Assembly (NCBI GenBank): GCA_963786955.1
Contig: CAWBAT010000006.1
Coordinates: forward strand, 256,001-320,000
DNA: 64,000 nucleotides
From: an uncultured Acidimicrobiia bacterium
GTDB taxonomy: Bacteria; Acidobacteriota; Terriglobia; Versatilivoradales; Versatilivoraceae
Direction of reading: 5' to 3'
Shown here piece after piece: positions 11,728-22,841 of the stretch. A model generated the notes under the pieces. That model had not been told where the DNA came from. It was given only the letters and a program-made list of their open reading frames with translations, and made no database searches. The position numbers and the translations under genes are program-made. Each line of letters begins with the position of its first letter. Position 1 is the stretch's first letter.

Positions 11728-14700
11728 TCAATTCCCTTGGACTCTCTCACACTCGATCAGCGGCCCAAAAATATCCATTGAAAGCGACTCAAATTCTTCA
11801 TCCAGAGGATTGATATCGCGGAATCCCAGCCAGTGGTAAGGGTCCTGACACTCCACCATTCCTTTGATAAAATCATTTCCATTCCACTTTGATTGCGCCA
11901 CTTGTAGAGCCTCTTCCGGGCTTTTCCCTTTGTGACGAGCCTCCGCATAACTCCAGGATGCACTCGGGAAGAAATGCAAGGGGAGACACAGCCCTCTCCA
12001 GTAAAGGTCTAGCAGCTTTTCCAAAATCTTCCCCGGTTCTTTAACTGGCTGATAGATCCTGACCCCATCCTGACCAACGAGGACACTCTCCAAGGGATAT
12101 CCTTCAACCATTAAATGATTGAGGACTAAATGTTCAACCCAGATGGCGAGCCGGTCTTTTGGTTTCAGATCAGCACAGCGAAACCTTAGGAGGTGTCTAG
12201 AGTAAACATCCCGCAGCATCCCTCTGAGCTGGAAGCCCGCGCATAAACAATCGATATCAAGGTCATCTTCTTTGGGCCCCGACAAATAAGGCAACAGGCT
12301 TTCGGTGTACGTTTCCACTTCACGAACCAATTGCCGAAACCTGACCTCCCCCGGAACTTGGGGAGGTAAGACTCCTTTCGCCCGAACATACGGAAGCAAC
12401 TCTTTGAGCTTAATTCCATGCAAGCCTTTTTCCAGCATATCTTGCTTGAGAGTGTAGTCATCCAATGAATCGAGGGAAAACGGCTCGGCATCTTGCAAGA
12501 TTTCCGTATTCTTCTGGAGGAGCAGGCCCAGCCGGCGGTGTAGCAAAAACTCGGTAGGTTTTTGCAGAAACTTCTGCAGATCTTTAATATCAACCATCCT
12601 CCATTCTTTCCCTGGTTCGCTAATCGGTTCGGAAACAAATGCACTAGCCTTCCAGTTTGAGGACTCGCGAGCCGCCAATCCTTCACAATTTTCTTTGGAA
12701 TAGCTAAACCATCTCGAATCACGTGAAAAGTAAGAAGGGCTGTATGCCTGGAGGGGGTGACGCATCACAATTGATCCGATGCCTTGCGGAAGGTCGAATC
12801 CTTGCTCGATGACGTCCTGTAAATCACTGATCACAACCGAAGGCGGCAACTCTGAATTATCCACCGTGCTCTGCCCAACGTAGCTGATGTGTAAGGCGTC
12901 GCGGGCAGATAGAACGGCTTCCAGAAAGAGGTAACGATCTTCCTCTCGCAGGGAGCGGTCTCCGCGACGACGGTTCGTGCCGATGAGGTCAAAACCGACC
13001 TGCGAGTCATGTCTGGGAAAGCTGTCATGATTCATGCCCACCATGGCAATCATGCGAAACGGAATGCTCCGCATCGGAAGCATGGCGCAAAAGGTGACTC
13101 TCCCGGTGAGGAAGTTCAGCGCCGAACCTTTCTGGTCTAGAAGCCTTTCCACATGATAGCGAAGAGACTCAATTCGAATGGGCCGGTCATATTGGCTCCG
13201 TTCCTGAATTTTTCTTAATTGTCGGAGAGTACTGCGGATGAGCTGAAAGTCCAGCGTGCTGTCTTCATCCTCTTTAAAGAGCGTCGTCAGCATCTCGAGA
13301 AGAGCCTCACTCCAACTGGTCAGAGAATGCGGCGCCTCGAGCCGGCGAAGCGTTTCAAAGAGGCTATTGAGCAAGTCCAGAAATTGTCCCAAGAGCTGGC
13401 CTTGCTTCCCTTCAATCCCGCCAAAGGCGAGGATCCCCTCAAGAAGCTGGGCCCCCTCTGGCGGTAGGGCATACCCCAGAATCAATCGATCCAAACCGGC
13501 TTTCCATGTGTTCTCAGGAAAATCAGCTAGCCCTTGGGCGAGACGTGAAATCGAATCCATTCCCCAATGGATTCGGGTTTCTTCTAGCCAATGGTGAATC
13601 CGGACCATTTCCTCAGCCGAGATTCCAAAATGCTGATGGATGCAGGGTGAATCTAAAAGATCGACGACTTCAGTAACCTTGAGTCGACTTCCCACCAGGT
13701 GCAAGATTTTCAAAAAGGCTTGAATCACCGGACTGGCGGATTTGGCGCCCCGATCCGCAATCGCAAAAGGAATTCGCTTGGTTTCATTGGATTCACTTTC
13801 AAAGACTGCTTCAATGAAGGGCGCATACTTTTCAATATCGGGGGTCATGACCAAAATATGGTGTGGTTGGAGATCCGGATGTTTCTCGAAAAGAGACAAG
13901 AGATAATCGTAGAGCACTTCCATTTCCCGCATCGGACCATGACAGGAATGAATTCGAATGGAGTGATCTTGGGATGAAAATCTTTTCTTGCCAAGATCCT
14001 TGCCCCTCGTTCGCAAATGGAGGATATCCGATTGAACGCAGTGGAGCAGACTTCCCTCTCCAGGATCATCAAACTGCTCTTCTTGTTCTTCAGACTGACG
14101 GTCGAGAAGTAATCCAAAATACTCCTTACCGAGATTGCCGAAGGAGGCCAGCAGTGGATTGCCTGTTTCAAAATGATCCTCTGCGTCGACTCCGTGAATC
14201 GCCTGCTGGCGTCGTTTAATCTTGGCCTGTTGTTTTTCGGACAAAATCTCCCCCCAATATTCCATCGTTGGGTTCATGAAAAACACGTGAACTTTGGAAA
14301 ATTGAGAACAGGCGGTCAGTACATCCAAATGGAAAGGGGGAGCTGGGGAATTCCAAACACAGAGATTCGGGGAGGAAGTGTTTTCACTTCGAAATTTCCC
14401 GATTGGAGCTTATCCAGCGACTTCCTTCTCCGATCCGCGCGATGCGTTCCTGGACCTTGACGGACGAGAAACCGCCATAAGAAGGCTTGCCAATGGGTCT
14501 CCTTCCCTCTTTCCCAATCGAAAAGGAGATCGGACCGGTAGATTGTGTAGTGATCAAAAACGTTTGCAATCTGTCCGGCCAACTGCAATTCCTTCAACCC
14601 AGTCCCATCATTGCTGAGATAAGACTGTAAATTCGAAAACTCCGGCCTTTCTAAGCACTGGGGCAGAATCCCTAAAATTCTCCACTGCAGAATTTCCGGT

Positions 14701-14963
14701 GAGAAAAAGTCTTCCTCCAAATCTTCGCCGATGAGCGCGTTGAAAATCTCAGACACGATCGCATTGGGAAAAAGGAACCGGCAATTTGCCCAAATTCCAT
14801 GGCGCAGCGCAAGTTGTTGAGAGAGCCATCGAGCCATCCCCTGGCTCTGGACGACGATCACCTCACTCGTGAGGGGATTATCTAACGGCTCGGCCACCAA
14901 ACTGGCCAATTCGTCGACCAGGAGTTCGGTTCGATTGCTAAAGTGGAGAATAAGTCCTGGCAT
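11728..14963 (-). CDS. recC: Exodeoxyribonuclease V gamma subunit, frameshift near 14325
   Basis: Starts MPGLILHFSNRTELL..VVQSQGMARWL; CHGPMREMEVL, PMRSIPF, DRYLFLEAVLSAR, HPLQAY. Confidence 0.93.
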
Positions 14964-14989
14964 AATGAAGACGGAAGGAAGAAAACGCG

Positions 14990-15127
14990 AGTAACAACAG
15001 GCCTCCCGGCCTGTTGTCCGGGGTTTGGACATTTGTGCAAGTTTGTAGTCCCGCTTTAGCCGGTCCGGAACATCACCGCCTGAAGGCTGTACTACAAACT
15101 TGTCCCGGGCCAACGGCCCCGGCTACA
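14990..15127. repeat. REP-like palindrome cluster
   Basis: AACAGGCCTCCCGGCCTGTTGTCCGGG and GTCCCGGGCCAACGGCCCCGGCTACA; the family recurs at ~3930, ~37995, ~47548 and ~57566. Confidence 0.8.
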
Positions 15128-15683
15128 ACGATTTTGCCAAAATTTCTCGACCTTCACGAAGAACCTCAAGAAAAAGTTGTTCTAGCGCCCCATTCACCCC
15201 TCGACAGCCCGTTACGACACGCTCCGTCCAATCAAAGTATTCCCGGCGTCTGGAGATTTCCCAATGTGTTGGAGGTGAATGCGATACGTCGCGGACATTG
15301 CAGATCTTGTCCGCAATCCGGATCATTTTTGCGCTTGGAGACAATCCGGTTACTTTTCTGACCTGCAGTTCTTTTCGGATGGATTTTTCGAGAGTCTTAT
15401 CGTCAGTGACCTCTTCCACGAGGCGGCAAACCTCTGGACCGAATAATTGTTCCAGCTCTGATCGGGTTGTTTCCGTGTCCTCCAAAGTGTCGTGGAGGAC
15501 GGCCGCAATCAGGATTTGGGGGTCTACGACCTGCCCGACTTCAGCCAGGATCCGGGCTACCTCGATGGGATGATTGATGTATGGAGAGCCCTCGGGGTCT
15601 TTACGCCTCTGACAACGGTGTTTCTGAGCAGAAAACGAAAGGGCGGACAGAAGTCGGACTGTATCGCTGTCTGGTGGGCGCAT
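15123..15683 (-). CDS. Stand-alone HD-domain (p)ppGpp/NADPH hydrolase (Mesh1/SAH-like)
   Basis: KHRCQRRKD..PYINHP, AAVLHDTLEDT, VEEVTDDK, IADKICNVRD; no synthetase domain. Confidence 0.85.
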   Translation of the reverse strand: MRPPDSDTVRLLSALSFSAQKHRCQRRKDPEGSPYINHPIEVARILAEVGQVVDPQILIAAVLHDTLEDTETTRSELEQLFGPEVCRLVEEVTDDKTLEKSIRKELQVRKVTGLSPSAKMIRIADKICNVRDVSHSPPTHWEISRRREYFDWTERVVTGCRGVNGALEQLFLEVLREGREILAKSL

Positions 15684-15715
15684 CGATATCATTTGGAAGG
15701 CAAAAGTAAGTTGAC

Positions 15716-16123
15716 TTATTTTTTCACTTCGGATTTGACGAATCTCAACGAAGCCGAATTCGTGCAATAACGTAGGCCGGTCGGTTCCGGACCGTCTTCA
15801 AAGACGTGCCCAAGATGAGCGCCACAATGACTGCACTGAATTTCAACTCTCCTCATGCCCAAACTATCGTCGACTTCGGTCGAGACGTTCTCACCGGCGA
15901 CGGGCTGCCAAAAGCTTGGCCAACCGGTGCCGGAATCATACTTTCTATCTGAGGCGAATATCGGATTGTTACAACAGACGCAATGGTAGATGCCTGCTTC
16001 GTGGTGATCCCAATATTCGCCTGTAAATGCCGGTTCGGTTCCTTTCTTACGGGCTACGTAAAACTGAAGTGGGGTTAACTGACTCAACCAATCCTTATCC
16101 GACTTGTGTAACTTATTACTCAC
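15716..16123 (-). CDS. msrB: Peptide methionine-(R)-sulfoxide reductase
   Basis: GTEPAFTG, KYDSGTGWPSF, HLGHVFEDGPEPTGLRYCTNS. Confidence 0.97.
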   Translation of the reverse strand: MSNKLHKSDKDWLSQLTPLQFYVARKKGTEPAFTGEYWDHHEAGIYHCVCCNNPIFASDRKYDSGTGWPSFWQPVAGENVSTEVDDSLGMRRVEIQCSHCGAHLGHVFEDGPEPTGLRYCTNSASLRFVKSEVKK

Positions 16124-16324
16124 AGGAATCCTTTCTACTTTGGTAAATTCCGAGCTATTATTCTAACGTAGTTCAAGTTTTCGGGGTAGTCTCGTCTGCC
16201 GCCATCCCTGAGTATATAGAGCTGCACTGGGAAACTTCTGTTTCTTCGCGGAATAAACCTCCTGAACTTACGGGTTGCTGGATTAACCTGGCTGAGGACC
16301 ATGTTCGATTCGCTAGGAAAAGCA

Positions 16325-16975
16325 ATGAGTCAGTCAAAACTACAGCCCTCCGCAATTCCAAGCCCACACAATTTGCCTCGAGAGGTCATTATCAGTCCTG
16401 ACACACTCCGCGAGCAACGAATTCCCCCCCGGCAAGCAAGGACCTTGAAATGGCCCGTGTTGGACGCAGGAGGCCCGCCTACCGTCGATTTGAATCGCTG
16501 GAAGTTTATTGCCAAGGGGCTTGTGGAAAATCCAAAGTCATGGACTTGGGAGGAGTTCCGCACCCTTCCCCGCTCAAAGGTTTTCTCTGATTTCCATTGT
16601 GTAACCCGTTGGTCCCGATTGGGAAATCTCTGGGAAGGAGTCCGCACGGTAGATTTGCTGAAGCACATTACTATCCTAAGCGAAGTCCGGTTTGTCCTCG
16701 TTCATGCTTATGACAGTGGTTGGACAACCAACATGCCCCTGAATACCTTTCTGGCCGAAGATTCGATCCTCGCTGACACACACGACGGAGAGCCTATTCC
16801 GTTGGAGCACGGAGGGCCCTTGCGATTAGTGATCCCTCGGCTCTATGCCTGGAAGAGCGCAAAATGGGTTCGTGCTTTGGAATTTCTTGCCCAAGACAAA
16901 CCGGGTTACTGGGAGCAAGGGGGATATCACATGAATGGGGACCCTTGGAAAGAAGAACGATTCCGGTCGCGATAG
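16325..16975 (+). CDS. Sulfite-oxidase-like molybdopterin oxidoreductase (YuiH type)
   Basis: DFHCVTRWS, EHGGPLRLVIPRLYAWKSAKW, GYWEQGGYH..GDPW. Confidence 0.9.
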   Translation: MSQSKLQPSAIPSPHNLPREVIISPDTLREQRIPPRQARTLKWPVLDAGGPPTVDLNRWKFIAKGLVENPKSWTWEEFRTLPRSKVFSDFHCVTRWSRLGNLWEGVRTVDLLKHITILSEVRFVLVHAYDSGWTTNMPLNTFLAEDSILADTHDGEPIPLEHGGPLRLVIPRLYAWKSAKWVRALEFLAQDKPGYWEQGGYHMNGDPWKEERFRSR

Positions 16976-17233
16976 ATGCTGACCGGGCAGAACCAGGAGG
17001 CACCTTATTTCGATGATAAAGAAGGAGGTAGCCTATTCCATAGGGTAGTGTACGAGGGTACCTGTTTGAACCGTTACAGGTAAGTCATCGTGAGCAACCT
17101 GTGACTTTTTCCTAACCGGGTAGCCATCAAATGATGATAAGTCGTATATCGTTGACCAGCCTGGGCTAATAGGACAATGGCACCATGTTCAGCAGCGACA
17201 AAGTGAAACCCATGTACTTTTCCAGACTACTCA

Positions 17234-17264
17234 TGATACAAAAAGTGAATCCCAGCTGCATACT
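17234..17264 (+). promoter_or_regulatory. Putative ECF sigma promoter, copy 1
   Basis: TGATACAAAA-N10-AGCTGCATACT directly upstream of the ECF gene; same motif and spacing at 19340..19370. Confidence 0.7.
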
Positions 17265-17266
17265 AT

Positions 17267-17935
17267 ATGCAGAGCTTTTCTAACTGGGCACAATTGCGGC
17301 AAATGGATGGGGGTTTCCCCTTCCCTTATAAAGTTCCAGTGAACCTGCAGAAATTACAAAAGAGCTCTGACGAAGAATTGATGGAGTATCTCCGACTTGG
17401 CCAAAATGATGCCTTGTCGATTCTCTTCGATCGGTATTATCGGCTAGTTTTTAGTGTGGCTATTCGCATTCTTCGGGATCATGGCGAAGCAGAGGATCTA
17501 ATGCAAGATGTTTTTCTCGATGTCTTTCATAAGGTTGACCAGTACGATGCCGCCAAAGGAAGCGCCAAGACTTGGATCCTTCAATATGCTTATCATCGCA
17601 GCTTGAATCGCCAGAAGTATTTAACGATAAGAAACTTCTATGACGGCCAAGAACTGCCCATTCCGATCGAGTGGGACCCGTCCCAATCATCAAACTCCTG
17701 GAACGGCTTGACCTTTTCAGACTGGGCTGCCGTTATAGAAAAGGGAATGGCTTCCTTGACAGAAAAGGAGAGAACGACGATCAACAAGGCCTACTACCAG
17801 GGGATGGAATTGAAAGAGATTGCGGATCAATTGCATGAACCGCTTGCGAACGTCCGCAACCACTATTATCGCGGTTTGAAGAAGCTCCGGGATTTCTTGC
17901 AGGAGCAGTCGTGCTTTAGGCGGAAGAGAGCATGA
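17267..17935 (+). CDS. ECF sigma-70 factor (SigK-like)
   Basis: Region 2 (LFDRYYRLVFSVAIRIL..AEDLMQDVF..KTWI) and region 4 (ELKEIADQL..VRNHYYRGLKKLR). True start may be 17303. Confidence 0.9.
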   Translation: MQSFSNWAQLRQMDGGFPFPYKVPVNLQKLQKSSDEELMEYLRLGQNDALSILFDRYYRLVFSVAIRILRDHGEAEDLMQDVFLDVFHKVDQYDAAKGSAKTWILQYAYHRSLNRQKYLTIRNFYDGQELPIPIEWDPSQSSNSWNGLTFSDWAAVIEKGMASLTEKERTTINKAYYQGMELKEIADQLHEPLANVRNHYYRGLKKLRDFLQEQSCFRRKRA

Positions 17936-17953
17936 GATGCCAGGAGAATCAGT

Positions 17954-19321
17954 ATGTTAAATCCCAATGAGTTAACTCATGAGTATTTCGAAGAACTCTG
18001 CTCTTTGGCAGTCATTGGTCGCATTACAGCCGGAGAATTTGAGCTTCTCAAGACTCATTTGCAGACCTGTCTAAGCTGCCGGTCCTGCCTGACGGATTTT
18101 AATGAGATTGCGCACGAACATTTACCCTTGCTGGACGCAGGTGAGGAAGTCTACTCCGAATCTGGAAATGTAACATTCCATGATGCCAGTTACAAACATC
18201 GGTTCGTACAGAGAGCCGCCGCGGAGGGAATCATCTTTTTGGATGGGTTCGAGAGAAGAGTTAATGACTTGAAAGGGAGGCAGCCGCATTATTTGCCGTC
18301 TTATCCTTGGTCGTGGAAAAGCATCTCTGCAGCAGTCGCGGCGTTGTTTTTATTTGGAGTCCCTTTCTTCTTAATGAGAAGTCAGATGCAGGAATTGCGA
18401 AAAGAGAATGACGTTGCCAGGCAGGAGATATCGAGGCTCAAAGGTGGGATGACTTCCACATGGCAGATCAGCCAATCCCGCTTGGGGCAACCTTCTGTTG
18501 AAGCCGGGCCAATTCAGCAACTTCAGGAAACGAGAATCCAGTCATCGAACGAAGATGGCGGCCTCAAGGTTTCCACGCTTCAGCAAGAGCTTCGCAAAAC
18601 TCAAGTGGATTATGAGGCAGCTCTACTGAAATCCAAATCTCTTGAAGAACAATTGCAGAAAGCCTCCGGTGAGTTGAATTCATTGCGAAACGAAGTGATA
18701 ACGGTTCAGAACAGCTCGAGTGCCAATGACAAATTAAAGGAAACTGAAACGGCTCTTCAGCAGGTCACGGGGGAATTAGATCGTTTGCGACGAGAGAAAA
18801 ATCAAACAACAAGCTTGATTGCGTCCCAACAAAACCAGCTACGCGAATTTAACGACAAATTGACCCAGCAAACTGAAAAACTAGAAAGTGAAAGAGAGCT
18901 ATGTTTCCACAAGCCGTGAAATCCGCAATTTAATGGGATCTCGGAACTTGCACATCATCGATGTGACCGATGTAGACAGTCGGGGAACCCAGCGACCCTT
19001 TTGGCCGGGTGTTTTACACCGAGGGAAAATCACTATTATTTTATGCTTACGATCTCGACAGGAAGAAGAAATCCCTCGAGAGATTTTCATTCCAGGCCTG
19101 GGGACAGGTTGGGTACAAAGTCCGGGCCGGTCCAGAGTTTGGGTCTTTTCCAAGCTGACGATCAAGCCCAAAACAGGTGGGTTTTGCGCTGCGACGATCC
19201 TACCCTTCTTGCACAAATAGACTCCGTTTTTGTGACCATCGAACCCACAGGTGGAAGCTCCCGACCCCAAGGCCAGCAACTCATCTATGCCTTCCTTAAG
19301 GCAAATCCGAATCATCCTTGA
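17954..19321 (+). CDS. Anti-sigma factor (ZAS HxxxCxxC, TM helix, coiled coil, RskA-like C-terminus), frameshifted
   Basis: HLQTCLSC; hydrophobic segment AAVAALFLFGVPFFL; C-terminal DSVFVTIEPTGGSSRPQG. Confidence 0.82.
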
Positions 19322-19339
19322 TAATTTTGGCCGTCACCT

Positions 19340-19370
19340 TGATACAAAACAGCTTCCCGAGCTGCATACT
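19340..19370 (+). promoter_or_regulatory. Putative ECF sigma promoter, copy 2
   Basis: TGATACAAAA-N10-AGCTGCATACT, 3 nt before the TBDR ATG. Confidence 0.7.
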
Positions 19371-19373
19371 TAA

Positions 19374-22300
19374 ATGACGTATTCAAAAGAGAAGACAGCC
19401 AGGATTCTAGTGTCGTCAGCGAGAATCCTTGTTTTTTTCCTTTTGTTCATAGTTGTGCCGGCGCGAGTCTTGATTTGGGCAAGCCCAACAGCAACTTTGA
19501 CCGGGCGAGTCACCGATTCTCTGGGTGGGGTTCTTGAGAAAGCTCAAATTGAAGCCACTAACCTCGAAACGAATACTGTTTTCCAGGCAAAGACCAGTAA
19601 AGATGGGCTCTATCGAATCCCGAACCTGCCTCCAGGGCCTTATCGAATCATCGTCCGGATGTTTGGTTTCCGAACCATCGTTAAGCCCGGCGTCAAACTC
19701 CACGTTCAAGACATTATTGCGCTAAATTTTTCGATGCAGGTGGGTTCCACCATTTCTAGCGTGACTGAAGCAGGAAGGGGTTCCATTGATCCAGGCTGAA
19801 ACTGCGATGCAGAGTACTACCGTCAATCAATTGACTTTAGGTGAGCTTCCCTCGTTGACTCGAAATCCGTACGATTTTGTCTCTCTCACGCCGGGCGCCA
19901 TTCAGGTGAATGCCAAACGAGGCATCGGCTTTTCACTGAACGGCCAACGGCTGGAAAGTGGGAGTTTTCTGCTGGATGGAAGCGACAATAATGAACCCTA
20001 CGAATCAGGACCTGGCCAGATTGTCCCACTTGATTCCGTGCAGGAATACCGGCTCATGACCAATAGTTATACCGCCGAATATGGGCGCAATGTGGGCTAT
20101 ATAGCCAACGTGGTAACTAAAAGCGGCGACCAATGATTTGCAGGGCGTACTCTATTATTTTAATCGCAATTCTAGTCTTGCCTCCAATACTTACGAGAAC
20201 AATGCCAGGGGTAACCCTAAAGCCAGTCTTCAATCGGAACCAGTTCGGCGGCGCTATTGGTGGCGCAATTGTCCGCGATAAGCTTTTTTACTTTGTGGCG
20301 GTCGAACCGATCATCGTTCGCAGTTCCGCTGCCATCAGTTACTACGTCCCTACACCGCAACTCCTCGCTATCAGTTCGCCTGGAACGAATGCCATTTTCC
20401 AAGGATTCCCACTTCCCTGAACGCTATCCACAACCGACGTGAGCACTCGTACGGTGTGCCCTTTTGGGCGGGGATGTGGTTCGAAGATCAGTAGCGGATA
20501 TGTCACTATTCCGGCATTTGCAGCGACTTCAAGAACCGGACCTATCGATGCCGGCGCCGGCGCCCCCCAGGACACGACTCTTTGGACGGCGCGAATGGAT
20601 TACAATATCAATGACCGCACGACCCTCAACGCCCGCTACGCGTTTCAGAATTCTGATTTCTTTCCTACCGTTAGTCAGCCCTATTCAGTTTCTCTGGACC
20701 AAAGTTCGCTAGTCAGAAATCAAAATGTCACTTTGAACCTGACCCGATTTTGGACCGGTAATTTCTTTACTGAATCACGGCTGGTATATTACCGGCTTGA
20801 TTACGAAAGCACGTCGGCACCTCTGGCTGGCTATCCGTCCTATAATATTACCGGGGATGCAATCAGCGGTTCAGCCGGAACACTCTCTCTCCCGTCCGGT
20901 AAAAACCCCTTCGGAGGACCTCAGAATAACTATCAGTTTTACCAGGGTGCCAGTTGGATTCGAGGGAAGCATAATTTAAAAATCGGTGGGCAATTTTTTC
21001 AGTTGCGTGACAATCGTTTGCCTTCCGAAGTTTCCATCAGTCGAAATAATCAAGGCGAATTTCGCGACTTGCAGGATTTTGTAAACGGATTCCTCTCGTC
21101 CTATCAGATCCTGCTCGACCCCAAGGGTCACGTTCCTGGGGAAACCATCAATCCCCCTTATGGCCCTCCAGGACTTCGTCGCCATCTCCGATTCAATGAT
21201 TTCGCGGTATTCTTTCAAGACACTTGGAAGCTTTCCCCTCGGCTGACACTATCTCCGGGACTCCGCTATGAATATTTTGGACAAGGGCACAGAACCGGCC
21301 AAGAAGCCCCGTTGGATACGAGTTTTTACACCAGCGCCGATTCGAATCCTTATTCTCGGATTGCCAACGGCAAACTCCTCCGAACAATTGATGCTCCTGG
21401 AGAATACAACGGGCATTATTCCCGTCCGGACCGATCGAATTTGGGTCCGCGGATGGGACTCGCCTACGACCTGAATGGCAATGGCAAGACTGTATTGCGC
21501 ATGGGAGGCGGACTGTTTTTTGATCGATTGAATGGATTTGCTTATGACAATTTTAATCCGCCAACATTCAGTTTGACACGGCTTCAAAACTTTTATCTGA
21601 ATCCAACCTCCATCGGGAACCCCTATGCCGTGTTCCCTTCGGGCCCGATGCAGGTTCCCCAGAGCGCTATCATTAACTTAGATCAAAACCTCCAGACAGC
21701 CACAACTTACCAATGGAATGCGACAATCGAGCATGAATTCTATCGGAATTTTCTTGTGGGCGCATCCTACCTGGGCTCCACAGGAAATCAGTTGTATCGA
21801 TTCGTCAACACCAACCGGATCGGCAGCGGAGAATTTCTGGGCCGCCCGGGAGAGCGACTTTTTAATACAGCTTCGGGAATCGCCACGATTACCAATGATG
21901 GATTTTCCAGCTACCATGGCTTTCAATTGCGGCTGGAGAGCATTACGTTCCAAACCCTGGGTCTTCATCTCGGCGCGAACTACACTTATAGCCATTCTCT
22001 CGATAATGTCAGCTCGCTGGCGGGAGACACGCTTACCGGGGGAGGCCCCTTTCCGCTCGATGCCTTTAATTCTCGCCTGGATAAAGCTTCTTCGGATTTC
22101 GATGTCCGGCAGCGGTTTGTCAGCTACTTCATTTGGCAAATTCCATCTCCCGTGAACACCAGCGGATTTAGACGACACCTTTTTGGAGGATGGGAAATTG
22201 GCGGGATTTTTTCTTTTCAAACCGGACAGCCGTTCAGCCTCTCTGACAACCTGGTTGTTGATCGAGACCTTGGTGAGAACACTCGGCCTCGCGTGTCTGG

Positions 22301-22772
22301 ACTATTGCCACAGGTTCTTGAGGGAAGTGCCCGCATTAAGGACGCGCGGACACCGAATGCCTTTTTGATTCTGCCAGTGAATTCAATTCGAAACTTTGAT
22401 GGGAGCTGCGACCCTCTGGCAGCGCCGCTGTCTTGCCAGATGTCCGTGAATGGACCCTTCGACGGCTCCCTGGGAAGGAACACCTTTACGCAGCCCGGAA
22501 CGCATTACGAGAACTTTGCTTTCATGAAGAACTTCAGCCTCAGCGGCTTGACGGGCAGGGAGAACATGAATCTTCAGTGCCGGGTGGAAGTCTACAATCT
22601 CTTAAACCATTCGAATCTTTATTTACGGGTGGATACAGGAAACGTGGCCGCTCCTTCGTTTAATGTCAATCCCGTATTGACCGTTCCAGGTGTCGTTGCG
22701 TCCTTTGGGACGCCTACTGGATTGCCACAAGAGGCCCGACAAATCGTGCTGGGGATGAAGCTAATCTTCTAA
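19374..22772 (+). CDS. TonB-dependent receptor with carboxypeptidase-like regulatory N-domain, three frameshifts
   Basis: TGRVTD..GLYRIPNLPPGPY, LLDGSDNN, SVQEYRLMTNSYTAEYG, FNRNQFGG, FQDTWK..GLRYEYF, RQIVLGMKLIF. Confidence 0.88.
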
Positions 22773-22841
22773 TGTCCCCGAATCGGAAGCGTTAGAATTT
22801 TTGGGAGTATTGAATCGTAAGAGTGCGAATGAAATGGAGCC

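Noticed and set aside
8981-14328. Programmed frameshifting or true pseudogenes in recB and recC
   Set aside because: Similar indels affect unrelated genes throughout the window, so sequencing error is the simpler explanation.
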